From Endozoicomonas sp. G2_1 (GTDB lineage Bacteria; Pseudomonadota; Gammaproteobacteria; Enterobacterales; Alteromonadaceae): a stretch of 64,000 nt of DNA. This document shows positions 19,061 through 28,665 of this stretch, piece by piece (within the stretch, counting starts at the first letter, position 1; every line of letters begins with the position of its first letter). The notes under the pieces are model-generated. The model ran no database searches. It saw nothing but the letters and a program-made list of their open reading frames with translations, and had not been told where the DNA came from. The translations under genes and the position numbers were made by a program. The stretch is taken from assembly GCF_017744155.1 (NCBI RefSeq), contig NZ_JAGHQT010000003.1, forward strand, positions 1 to 64,000, written 5' to 3'.

Positions 19061-20230
19061 ATGATTAAAAAAAGTTTATTTAGAAAAATTGTGACAGTAG
19101 CAGAGTACGAGAGAGTACTCGTATTTAAAAATCAAGCCTTAGATAAGGTTCTATCTACAGGTAAGCACAAAGTTTGGGATACTCGCGATGAACTCGACTT
19201 TGTTTATTTTGATATTAACAAACTCTATTTTGCAGAAAAAAATGCAGAGCGTTTATATAAAAATAATGAGCAACTGCGCGAACACATTGGCCATTGGAAA
19301 ATGGCGAGCAACGAAGTGGGTATGCTGTATATCAATGATTTACTGCGAGGGGTTGTTGCGCCAAGCGAGAATTTATACTTGTGGAAAGACGCAGGTGATA
19401 TTCGGGTTGAGCGAGTCTCTATTGATGACAACATCGAACTTGATGAAAAGACCTTGGTTGAAATCAATCGCGCTGGTGCCAATACCGCATCACGGCTAAT
19501 CCGCAGTGAACGCACCGTTGCCATTAAGCCAGTAGCCGATATCAACATTGCCAAAGACCACATTGGTTTACTTTACGTCAATGGGCAATTGTCTAAGCGA
19601 CTAGCGCCGGGTAGCCATGGTTTCTGGCAGTTTAATCACGCGATTGAAGTAAAGTCGTTTGATTGTAGAACGCAAATGCTGGAAATTTCTGGCCAAGAAA
19701 TATTGAGTAAAGACCGCGTTAGTTTGCGAATTAACCTGAGCGCCAGTATTAAAATTCACGATGCAGAGCTTGCTGCGAGTAGTGTCGACAACGCTCAAGA
19801 GTACGTTTATAAAATGCTGCAATTGGCCTTGCGTGAAGCGGTTGGCACTAAGTCGCTTGACGATATTTTGCTCGACAAGCTTTACGTTAACGAAACCGTT
19901 CAAGAGTTAGTGACTGAGCGTTTAACAACTATGGGTATTAGCTTAGTCAGTGTCGGGGTCAAAGACATCATCTTACCGGGTGAAATGAAAGCGATTCTGA
20001 ACCAAGTTGTTGAAGCACAAAAAGCAGCTGAAGCCAACGTGATTAAAAGAAGAGAAGAAACCTCGGCGACTAGAAGTTTACACAACACCGCAAAAGTGAT
20101 GGAGAACAACCCAACACTAATGCGTTTGAAGGAGCTTGAAGCGCTCGAAAAAGTAGCGGGCAAAATTGAGAGCTTAACCGTTTACGGCGGGCTTGAAGGT
20201 TTGATGAATGGCGTGGTCAAAATCGCCTAG
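19061..20230 (+). CDS. SPFH/band-7 (slipin/flotillin-like) domain protein
   Basis: Band-7 core followed by coiled-coil EAQKAAEANVIKRREE; first ORF after tRNA-like array, upstream of rtcB. Confidence 0.6.
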   Translation: MIKKSLFRKIVTVAEYERVLVFKNQALDKVLSTGKHKVWDTRDELDFVYFDINKLYFAEKNAERLYKNNEQLREHIGHWKMASNEVGMLYINDLLRGVVAPSENLYLWKDAGDIRVERVSIDDNIELDEKTLVEINRAGANTASRLIRSERTVAIKPVADINIAKDHIGLLYVNGQLSKRLAPGSHGFWQFNHAIEVKSFDCRTQMLEISGQEILSKDRVSLRINLSASIKIHDAELAASSVDNAQEYVYKMLQLALREAVGTKSLDDILLDKLYVNETVQELVTERLTTMGISLVSVGVKDIILPGEMKAILNQVVEAQKAAEANVIKRREETSATRSLHNTAKVMENNPTLMRLKELEALEKVAGKIESLTVYGGLEGLMNGVVKIA

Positions 20231-20313
20231 TGCACTGCTACTAACGCGCAGTTAACAGAGCGCTAGTTCGCAGTAAGGACTAGCGCCAATCAATAAAGAA
20301 TTAAGGAAAACTT

Positions 20314-21543
20314 ATGTGTAATAAACACTATAACTTGATCGAAAATGAAGGCAAGGTGCCAATTAAGGCGTGGACTAAAGGTGTGCCATTTGAGCAACAA
20401 GCGCAAGATCAGCTAAATAACATTGCCAGTATGTCATTGGTGCATTCACATATTGCGGTAATGCCTGATGTTCACTTGGGAAAAGGTGCGACCATTGGCA
20501 GTGTAATTCCGTCGGTTGATGCCGTTATTCCAGCAGCCGTTGGTGTCGATATTGGTTGCGGTATGGTGGCGACGAAAACTACGTTAACGGCAAGCCAATT
20601 ACCGGATAATTTAGCGGGTATTCGTCACGCTTTTGAAGCGGCTGTGCCGCACGGACGCACAGGTGGAAAACGCGGAGCGCGCGATCGCGGCGCTTGGCAT
20701 AATATTCCAGAGGTAGTTGCTGGCGAGTGGAAAAAACTTGAAGCTCGCTTTGAAAGAATTTGTCAGAAACACCCAGCCATCAGCAAGAGTAACCACGTTA
20801 AACACTTGGGCACTATGGGAACAGGTAATCACTTTTTGGAGCTTTGTTTAGACGAAAACGACGCGGTTTGGATTATGCTGCACTCAGGCAGCCGCGGTGT
20901 TGGCAACCGTATTGGTACTTATTTTATTGAGTTAGCCAAAAAAGAAATGCAGCGTCATCAAATTAATTTGCCAGACGTTGATCTTGCTTACCTCGAAGAG
21001 GGCAGTGAGTACTTTGACGACTATGTTGAAGCGGTTGAATGGGCGCAAGATTTTGCGGCAAAAAATCGTGAAATCATGATGTTTAACGCAATCGCAGCGT
21101 TGAGAAAGCAAATACCAATTGAGTTTTCAACGGCAGAATTGGCAGTTAATTGTCACCATAATTATATTTCACGCGAGCGCCACTTTGGCAAAGATTGCTT
21201 TGTGACCCGTAAAGGAGCGGTGCGCGCAGAAAAAGGTGAAATGGGTATTATTCCAGGTAGTATGGGTGCTCGTTCGTTTATTGTTCGAGGCTTGGGAAAC
21301 CCTGATAGCTTTAACAGTTGTAGCCATGGTGCCGGTCGAGTGATGTCGAGAACCAAGGCGAAAAAGGTTTACACTATTGATGATCAAATTGCCGCAACCG
21401 AGGGCGTTGAGTGTCGTAAAGACGCTGCGGTAATCGACGAAATTCCTCATGCTTACAAGGATATTGACCAAGTTATGGCGGCGCAAAAAGACTTGGTTGA
21501 AGTGGTTTATACCTTAAAGCAAATTGTTTGTGTTAAAGGGTAA
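20314..21543 (+). CDS. rtcB: RNA-splicing ligase RtcB (3'-phosphate/5'-OH RNA ligase)
   Basis: 409 aa; conserved RtcB metal-binding Cys/His pattern (VMPDVHLGKG, GCGM, GTGNHF, HSGSRGVGN, HNY, CSHGAGR). Confidence 0.9.
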   Translation: MCNKHYNLIENEGKVPIKAWTKGVPFEQQAQDQLNNIASMSLVHSHIAVMPDVHLGKGATIGSVIPSVDAVIPAAVGVDIGCGMVATKTTLTASQLPDNLAGIRHAFEAAVPHGRTGGKRGARDRGAWHNIPEVVAGEWKKLEARFERICQKHPAISKSNHVKHLGTMGTGNHFLELCLDENDAVWIMLHSGSRGVGNRIGTYFIELAKKEMQRHQINLPDVDLAYLEEGSEYFDDYVEAVEWAQDFAAKNREIMMFNAIAALRKQIPIEFSTAELAVNCHHNYISRERHFGKDCFVTRKGAVRAEKGEMGIIPGSMGARSFIVRGLGNPDSFNSCSHGAGRVMSRTKAKKVYTIDDQIAATEGVECRKDAAVIDEIPHAYKDIDQVMAAQKDLVEVVYTLKQIVCVKG

Positions 21544-21552
21544 GGAGTACAA

Positions 21553-22593
21553 ATGAAATATATAACCATAGATGGTGCCCAAGGCGAAGGAGGCGGCCAA
21601 GTGCTAAGGACAGCACTGACACTGTCAATTTTAACCAAGCAGCCAATTGAGCTAGTAAATATTCGCGCCAATCGAGCAAAGCCCGGTTTATTGCGCCAGC
21701 ACTATATTTCAGTGATGGCAGCTAAAACAGTGTCAAATGCTGAGGTTGAAGGTGTTGAATTAGGTGCTACTAGCATTCGATTCTCGCCGGGTGAATTAAC
21801 TGGCGGTGATTACCATTTTTCTATTGGTACTGCTGGCAGCACGGTATTGGTTTGCCAAACCATATTACCGGTATTGGCCTTAGCTAATAGCGCTTCCACC
21901 GTTACCTTTGAAGGCGGCACTCACAACGGTATGTCGCCTTCACTTTGCTTTTTACAACACTCATATTTACCGCTGCTTCGCAAAATGGGAGTAGCGTGTC
22001 GAGTATGCATTGAGAAGCTAGGCTTTTATCCCGCTGGTGGTGGCAAATGGCAAATGCTGGTAGAGCCGACCGCTAGTTTACAGCCGATAGATGGTTTAGA
22101 TGCGCGTGCAGCTGACCCAAGTGTTGAACAGCAATGCCAGCTCAAAGCGTTGATAAGTTCTCTGCCCAAGCACATTGGTGACAGAGAAGTAGCAACTGCA
22201 GTAAAAATACTGGCTTGGCAACAAGCACCGCAAGACGTTGAGCTGGTTGAAAGTGCAGGCCCTGGAAACAGTTTTCAGGCGATGGTTTCGACTCACTCTC
22301 ATGCCAGCGTTTTTGAAACGGTTGGCGAACTTGGTGTTTCAGCTGAACGCGTTGCCAAGCGTTGTGCTGGGCGAGTAAAACAGTTTTTGAATGCACAAGC
22401 GACGGTAGAAGAGCACTTAGCCGATCAATTGTTGGTACCTATGGCCTTGGCTGGTTCAGGCAGTTTTACCACGACTAAACCAAGTTTACACACGCTGACC
22501 AATATCGACGTAATTAAACGCTTTTTACCTGTCAGAGTACGCATAGAGCAACAGACTAAACAGCGTTGGCGCATTGATTTAACAACAACTTAA
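21553..22593 (+). CDS. rtcA: RNA 3'-terminal phosphate cyclase RtcA
   Basis: 346 aa; N-terminal DGAQGEGGGQVLRTALTLS motif. Confidence 0.85.
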   Translation: MKYITIDGAQGEGGGQVLRTALTLSILTKQPIELVNIRANRAKPGLLRQHYISVMAAKTVSNAEVEGVELGATSIRFSPGELTGGDYHFSIGTAGSTVLVCQTILPVLALANSASTVTFEGGTHNGMSPSLCFLQHSYLPLLRKMGVACRVCIEKLGFYPAGGGKWQMLVEPTASLQPIDGLDARAADPSVEQQCQLKALISSLPKHIGDREVATAVKILAWQQAPQDVELVESAGPGNSFQAMVSTHSHASVFETVGELGVSAERVAKRCAGRVKQFLNAQATVEEHLADQLLVPMALAGSGSFTTTKPSLHTLTNIDVIKRFLPVRVRIEQQTKQRWRIDLTTT

Positions 22594-22610
22594 TTGATTG
22601 GATAGATAAA

Positions 22611-23414
22611 ATGGTGATGTTAACAGCAGAGCAAGTGATAGCACCTGACGTGTACTCAGAAATAATGCGCCGAATCAAAGCTGCGGAACAAGAGCACAAC
22701 GTAAAGGTGCTTTACGCGGTAGAGTCAGGCAGCCGTGCTTGGGGTTTTGCTAGCCCAAATAGCGATTACGATGTGCGCTTTATTTATGCGCACCCCAAAG
22801 ACTACTATCTAACGATAGACATTGAAGACAAGCGCGATGTAATTGAATACCCAATTGTTGATGAAATCGATATTAATGGTTGGGATATTCGCAAAGCATT
22901 AAAACTGTTTTGGAAATCAAATCCCGCGTTTATTGAGTGGTTACAGTCACCAATTGTTTATCTCGACGATGGCTTTTTCGCGCCAACGGCTCGTGATTTA
23001 ATGCCCAGTGTGGCATCGTCTCACAAAGGTATTTATCACTACTTGCACATGGCGCGCGGTAATTTTCGCGAGTACTTGAAAAAAGATGTGGTGCCGTTGA
23101 AAAAATACTTTTACGTGCTCAGGCCGCTGCTGGCAATAATGTGGCTAGAAAAATATGACAAACCAGCTCCGATAGAGTTTGATGTATTGCGTCAACTGGT
23201 TGCTGACAATGAAGCGTTAGATGAAGCTATTTCTGAATTGGTTGCTCGCAAAAAAGTGAGTTTAGAAAAGGAATATGCGCCAGCGGTGCCGATAATCAAT
23301 CAATTTATTGAATCTGAGCTTAGCCGACATCAAGAAAACCCTCCTAGTGCCGGAGACAGAGATGCCGATTTTGAGTTACTAAATCAGTTGTTTAAAAGGG
23401 TTTTGCTGGATTAG
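22611..23414 (+). CDS. Pol-beta-superfamily nucleotidyltransferase, RNA-ligase-associated (RlaP-like)
   Basis: GS-x-RAWGFASPNSDYDVRF NTase motif (GS…DxD); immediately follows rtcA. Confidence 0.55.
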   Translation: MVMLTAEQVIAPDVYSEIMRRIKAAEQEHNVKVLYAVESGSRAWGFASPNSDYDVRFIYAHPKDYYLTIDIEDKRDVIEYPIVDEIDINGWDIRKALKLFWKSNPAFIEWLQSPIVYLDDGFFAPTARDLMPSVASSHKGIYHYLHMARGNFREYLKKDVVPLKKYFYVLRPLLAIMWLEKYDKPAPIEFDVLRQLVADNEALDEAISELVARKKVSLEKEYAPAVPIINQFIESELSRHQENPPSAGDRDADFELLNQLFKRVLLD

Positions 23415-23556
23415 TTTTGATAGCATAAACACATAGTTGAAGGGCAATAACAAATCAACAAACTTGATCTGCGCTAGCCCTTCAACTATAGTCGAGTTAG
23501 TCACAAATCTGTGGCTATTACTTTTAACCATGACAGCCGGCTAGACCGGAAAGTTA

Positions 23557-24000
23557 TTGCGTAAATACTTATTAAATACCCTCCTTGATTTAGAATTTGT
23601 CGAACAAAATCCAACATATCACCCAGAAGGTAATGCGCTGTTTCACAGTTTGCAGGTGTTCCAACTTAGTCTTAAATTCTCCAATGATCCTGAAATATGG
23701 GCTGCAGCATTATTTCATGATATTGGAAAAGCGATCGATGGACCCACTCACGCAGAAATAGGAGCTGAGCTACTTAGTGGCATCTTTAACGAGAATATAT
23801 GTTGGCTAATTCGTCATCATTTGGACTTATTAACCCACCCAGCAAAAACAAAACGAGCTCTAAGAAATAGTTCCAGACTGAAGCAGTTGATTGTATTGCG
23901 TCATCTAGATTTAAATGGTCGCGATCCATATGGTGTGGTTTGTACGCCAGAATTTGCAGTCGACTACATATTACAGCATTTTTCTTCTATTAAAGCTTAA
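23557..24000 (+). CDS. Stand-alone HD phosphohydrolase resembling the HD domain of class II CCA-adding enzymes
   Basis: YHPEGN…H…FHDIGK…HH motifs. Confidence 0.55.
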   Translation: MRKYLLNTLLDLEFVEQNPTYHPEGNALFHSLQVFQLSLKFSNDPEIWAAALFHDIGKAIDGPTHAEIGAELLSGIFNENICWLIRHHLDLLTHPAKTKRALRNSSRLKQLIVLRHLDLNGRDPYGVVCTPEFAVDYILQHFSSIKA

Positions 24001-24027
24001 AACCCGACCTTAAATGGTCCATTTATC

Positions 24028-24639
24028 ATGAACAAACAACACATTAAAACACTAATGATTCAAGAGTGTGCGAAGCTTATGTACTTTGAAGGCGTTAGCC
24101 AGTATTTCGACGCTAAAAGGATAGCGGCTAAGCGCATTTGCAAAAGCAAAAATCAGTTTTTCCCTACTAATGGCGAAATTGTCAATGCGGTACATGAATT
24201 AAGTATGCAGGATCGGAGCTTTGATAGAGCCCATACACTTTTTAGAATGCGAATAAAAGCATTAGAAATTATGGAGCTATTAGACTGTTTTTCTCCCAGA
24301 TTAATTGGGTCTGTTAGTACAGGTAAAATAAAGCGAACTAGCGATATCGACTTGCACGTATTTTGTGATGACATTGAGTTGTTAACTACATTTTTAAACG
24401 ATGAGAAAATTTCTTTTGAGCAAAATGAAGTGCTTATCATGAAGAATAACAAGCCTAGAGTTTATCAACATATTTATATTGTAAACGAGTTCAATATAGA
24501 GCTATCTGTATATCCGTTTAATGAATTGAGGGTTACAAGTAGAAGTAGTACCGATGGTAAACCTATAGTGAGAATGTCAAAAGCTAAACTTGAAAGATTG
24601 ATTGAACAGGAACATTGGCGCGAAATAGTACAAGCTTAG
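24028..24639 (+). CDS. Minimal nucleotidyltransferase (MNT-type pol-beta fold)
   Basis: GSVSTGKIKRTSDIDLHVF (GS…DxD) motif. Confidence 0.55.
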   Translation: MNKQHIKTLMIQECAKLMYFEGVSQYFDAKRIAAKRICKSKNQFFPTNGEIVNAVHELSMQDRSFDRAHTLFRMRIKALEIMELLDCFSPRLIGSVSTGKIKRTSDIDLHVFCDDIELLTTFLNDEKISFEQNEVLIMKNNKPRVYQHIYIVNEFNIELSVYPFNELRVTSRSSTDGKPIVRMSKAKLERLIEQEHWREIVQA

Positions 24640-24656
24640 TACTCCTTGCTTTGACA

Positions 24657-24696
24657 TAAGAATAGTTACTTCGTTAACTGAAGTAACTATTCTCTA
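24657..24696. terminator. Bidirectional hairpin between convergent operons
   Basis: AGAATAGTTACTTC-gttaac-TGAAGTAACTATTCT 15-bp stem. Confidence 0.65.
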
Positions 24697-24712
24697 TAAA
24701 CAAACTAATAAT

Positions 24713-27316
24713 TTATAGCTGACTCAAAATCGTTGGATCTTTAATTTTATTATCTTCTGCGAGTAAAAACGCTTTCGAAAGTACAATCGATAGACCATTG
24801 TCACCTTCAAATGGTAAGAATACATTATTGAGGTTTTTATCTTTGCTCCGACTCGGGACAATACACAGGTAGCGATCATTAGGCATGATTAAAATGTTTC
24901 CGCTGCCAATGTGAATTTTATAAGTGTGTTTTGTACCTTTAACGATCAAAAACTTATTATCAATGTGCGCAACATCTCGCAATTTAAGGCGTGGTAATAG
25001 TTTTTCTAACACGTCTTTCCTAGTTTTTGCCACTTCACTTAAATCACCAAAAGAGTAGGAGTGCCAATAGTCACGGTATGCTGCTCTTCCGTCAGGCCCT
25101 CCATCTTGCCATTGAGGGTCGTTCCCCACACTGGCGACACCTACAAATAGATCAGCGTCTCTCATGATTTCGGAAAACAATAGAGGTGGGACATCAGCGA
25201 GTTCAACGGCTTCACCGGATTGATCACAAAACCTGAGTTGGTCAGTAGCAACATAATACCAAATACCGACATCAGTATATTGGCCGTCTTCATCTATCAA
25301 TTCGTTTATCCAGAATTGGGCGGTGAGCTGGTGTGCCGGTAGATACTTTTGTGCTAGTTCGCCGTCAGCTCCATTATCAAAGGCACCTTGTAGTGTATAT
25401 TTCCAACCTCTAGTTGCAGCTAGAGAGTTGAATTGGTGCTGTTTGATAATATGTGCAGCCATTCTATTGGAATAAATACGAGTATTAATTTCGGCATCCG
25501 TAAGTAAATAAATTTCACGAAAAGCTTGTTTAATCGGCTGTTTAATTCCTAGATAGTCCAGGCGTTCTCGCCATGCTAAAACCTCTTCTGCTTCAGAAAA
25601 TAGCGGATGCCACAGAGTAACTTTAGCATTTGGATCAATATTAACGGCGTTGCCTGATACGTCTTGCCATTGTTCGTTAATGTATAACAGAGGTTTTTCA
25701 TCAAATGACCAAATTAATTTTTGCGCGATAACACTAACTAAGCCGTGCTTTAAATAGTATTGTTCAAAATCTGTAATGGTCCATTCCATAACATCGGTAT
25801 ATATTCGGTCAATGCGATCTTTTTGTGTAGATAGGTTTTGCTTTATTTGTTTGACAGTGGCTCTTGCTTTTTTGAGATTGTCATTAAGTGCTTTATCATT
25901 TTTGACGAAAGCAGGCACTGACTTTTGTTGTACACCATCAGGCTTTAACCAAATTTGCTCTACTTGATTAACGCCTGATACCTTTATTTGTAAACTAAAA
26001 TCATTGAACGGTATGCTAATTTTTCCCTCTATCAGGTTGAAATCAGGGACAGATATTTCCTCGACCTGAGCTGGCTTTATACCAAGTTTTTCTGCCTGTT
26101 GATCTATGTATGTTTGGATCAGTTTTTGGGTACTATTTTGTTTTACTCTGAGCTTTAACCTAGATAAATGACCAATTCCTCCAAGCCCTTTTGATTGAGC
26201 TAAGGTATAAATTCCCGCATTGCCGACTGCTAAAGCAACAGGACCGTGATCAGGTATTTTCTCGAAGCACTTTTCCGTCAGTTTAGCGATATTTTGCACG
26301 CTTTCTTGATCATGAAAGCGACTCATCGACCAAATTAGCCCTTTTAACAACTGATAACAGCCTGACTCTATATATTCATAGTTGTGGTAAACATATTCTT
26401 GGCCATTATAGTTACTGGTTCTTTGCGTAATAATGACCTCTAACTCAACCAACTGCTTGAATAGCTGATTGACTAACTTTTTATATGGTTTAATGCCAAT
26501 TTGGTCGATTAGTTGGCTCGAGGTGGTTAAGAATTTTTTGCTCGGTTTGCCAGCTTTAGCAGTCGACAAGTGACGCAGTAAGCTATTCCAATTGTTATCG
26601 TTTGTCAGGTTACTTGTCTCGAAAGCTTGTCTTGCTATTTGACCAAAGCGACCACTGCTAAACTTGTAAGAAGGAACTTGTTGTTCGCCATTAGCGTTGG
26701 CACTAGTAAGAGCATTTTGGAGTTTTTGAATGGCTTTACCGATATCTGGCCCCCAATAGTAGTTGCCTTCATTGCCGTTTATATGAGGCTTAATTAGTTT
26801 ATTAGCCAAAAGCTCTTCAATATCTTCAGCAATGTGCGTTTGTGGGCCATGTCGTTTTACGTGTTTTTCAATTTGAGTGGCGAAATAACCAAAAGGACCA
26901 TCGTTCAATGCTAGTTTATTTTTGCGGCCTTGGTGATAAAGCAAAGAAAACAAATCGCTAAAACTGTAATCGATTGGAAAATCTATTCTCGTTTTAAGTA
27001 AAGCTTCGATTAATCTTGAGTAAATATAGTTTGCTTGCTTATTGGGGTTGTTGTAGTCACGTGTATCAAGATCATAGCTGTTAATTTTGTTCATCAAAGC
27101 TTCAAGCGCCGCAATTTTTTGTAATGCAGGTAATTTTTTTAGCTGCTGATATTCTTCACAGTCTTTAAAAGGCAAATGATGATAACTATAGAGGTACTCG
27201 GTCGAGTCTATGACTTGTGTTTGTATCGCGTTGAAGTAGTGATCAAATTCAGAAGTTTGTGGCTGTGCACCCGACGTTTTAGCGTTTCTAAGCCTTTGTA
27301 AAATTTTTTCTAGCAT
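24713..27316 (-). CDS. Large (867 aa) hypothetical protein, possibly DUF4132-like
   Basis: No catalytic motifs recognised by eye; co-oriented with upstream 131-aa ORF. Confidence 0.3.
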   Translation of the reverse strand: MLEKILQRLRNAKTSGAQPQTSEFDHYFNAIQTQVIDSTEYLYSYHHLPFKDCEEYQQLKKLPALQKIAALEALMNKINSYDLDTRDYNNPNKQANYIYSRLIEALLKTRIDFPIDYSFSDLFSLLYHQGRKNKLALNDGPFGYFATQIEKHVKRHGPQTHIAEDIEELLANKLIKPHINGNEGNYYWGPDIGKAIQKLQNALTSANANGEQQVPSYKFSSGRFGQIARQAFETSNLTNDNNWNSLLRHLSTAKAGKPSKKFLTTSSQLIDQIGIKPYKKLVNQLFKQLVELEVIITQRTSNYNGQEYVYHNYEYIESGCYQLLKGLIWSMSRFHDQESVQNIAKLTEKCFEKIPDHGPVALAVGNAGIYTLAQSKGLGGIGHLSRLKLRVKQNSTQKLIQTYIDQQAEKLGIKPAQVEEISVPDFNLIEGKISIPFNDFSLQIKVSGVNQVEQIWLKPDGVQQKSVPAFVKNDKALNDNLKKARATVKQIKQNLSTQKDRIDRIYTDVMEWTITDFEQYYLKHGLVSVIAQKLIWSFDEKPLLYINEQWQDVSGNAVNIDPNAKVTLWHPLFSEAEEVLAWRERLDYLGIKQPIKQAFREIYLLTDAEINTRIYSNRMAAHIIKQHQFNSLAATRGWKYTLQGAFDNGADGELAQKYLPAHQLTAQFWINELIDEDGQYTDVGIWYYVATDQLRFCDQSGEAVELADVPPLLFSEIMRDADLFVGVASVGNDPQWQDGGPDGRAAYRDYWHSYSFGDLSEVAKTRKDVLEKLLPRLKLRDVAHIDNKFLIVKGTKHTYKIHIGSGNILIMPNDRYLCIVPSRSKDKNLNNVFLPFEGDNGLSIVLSKAFLLAEDNKIKDPTILSQL

Positions 27317-27326
27317 ATCGGTCTTT

Positions 27327-27722
27327 TTAGCCTCCCACTAGTTGGGTTAGTTTGATAAAACTGATAGAGGTATTCGCGGTTATCTTGATGGTTTGGTCTA
27401 AGCTTTCTGCTTGCATGTCGTCTATGAGAATGAAAAAGCCGTTACTTTCAAATGCGTTAAATGCTATTTCAATTTGTTTTTCAGGATCTACTTGATGTTT
27501 TTTTTTCGGTGAGCCGTTGAGAGTGGTTTCTAGAGTTTTCGGTTTGACCAGAGAATGTCTACTAGATTGCTGCTTTTCATTGTATTGGACGACTTCTTGG
27601 TATACCCGCTCTACAATTAAGTCTTTAACAGTGATTTGGATGCGATCGAACGACAATTCTAATTCTTGATAAACTTGGCCAAAGCCATTTTCATCCTTAA
27701 TTTGTATTTTTGTGATCTGCAA
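27327..27722 (-). CDS. Hypothetical 131-aa protein, upstream partner of the 867-aa protein
   Basis: 10-bp spacing to downstream gene suggests operon. Confidence 0.35.
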   Translation of the reverse strand: MQITKIQIKDENGFGQVYQELELSFDRIQITVKDLIVERVYQEVVQYNEKQQSSRHSLVKPKTLETTLNGSPKKKHQVDPEKQIEIAFNAFESNGFFILIDDMQAESLDQTIKITANTSISFIKLTQLVGG

Positions 27723-27889
27723 GGTAAGTACTCCCTACTTGAATTGATAGTCTTGAAGGACATAAAGTTATCACAGTTAAACCAATAAGACTTCAAAATG
27801 TCTGAGCTATTGTCTTTAGCCAGGTTCATTGCACTATTATTTTTTGTTGTTAGGTTAATTGTTATAAACGCTATGGAGAGGTTTGTATA

Positions 27890-28588
27890 TTGAAACTAGT
27901 ATTACTACCCGGCATGGACGGTACAGGAGAGTTATTTGCTGACTTTGTTAAGTATTATCCAAGCGATTGCGTAGTTATTTCACTACCTCAATCTGGTGCA
28001 CAGGACTATGTATCTTTATCTAAGCGAGTTGCTAAACAGTTACCTGATGGAGACATTGTCTTACTAGCTGAGTCATTTTCCGGTGGCCTTGCGATCGAGC
28101 TTATCAAAAGTGATTTAAACATTTGTACGAGAGTCAAAGGTATCATCTTTGTTGCTAGCTTTCTAAGCAGCCCTAACAAAGTGATGATTAAGCTAGCGCT
28201 GAAGTTGCCCATTCACGTATTAGCTTCTGTATCATGTGGTAGCATTTTACATCAACATTTATTTTTTGATGGTAGAGCTTCGCGTGAGTTACTCTGTCAA
28301 TTTACAAGGCTGGTTAAGTCTGTACCTGAGACAACACTAAAGGCTCGATTAGAGGTCATGTTGCACCAGCGACTACCTCCTATACTATGTGATATACCAA
28401 TACTCTATCTAAGAGCCTCTAAAGATCGACTGGTTAGTGTGAAAAAAGGTAATGAGTTTTCAGCTGCTTTTAGTGACTTAACATACGAAGAATTGAAAGG
28501 GCCGCATTTTTTATTGCAAATAGAACCAAAAAAATCTGCGGAGATAGTTGTTAAATATGTCAATGTACTGAGTTGGAGTGAGGCCTAA
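27890..28588 (+). CDS. Alpha/beta hydrolase fold protein
   Basis: GxSxG nucleophile elbow (AESFSGG). Confidence 0.55.
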   Translation: MKLVLLPGMDGTGELFADFVKYYPSDCVVISLPQSGAQDYVSLSKRVAKQLPDGDIVLLAESFSGGLAIELIKSDLNICTRVKGIIFVASFLSSPNKVMIKLALKLPIHVLASVSCGSILHQHLFFDGRASRELLCQFTRLVKSVPETTLKARLEVMLHQRLPPILCDIPILYLRASKDRLVSVKKGNEFSAAFSDLTYEELKGPHFLLQIEPKKSAEIVVKYVNVLSWSEA

Positions 28589-28665
28589 TAATACGGCTGG
28601 CATTTTTCTTTTTGAGTACCAGCCAAGTTCGATATCACGTCAAACTTGGCTGGCGCGCTCAGACT

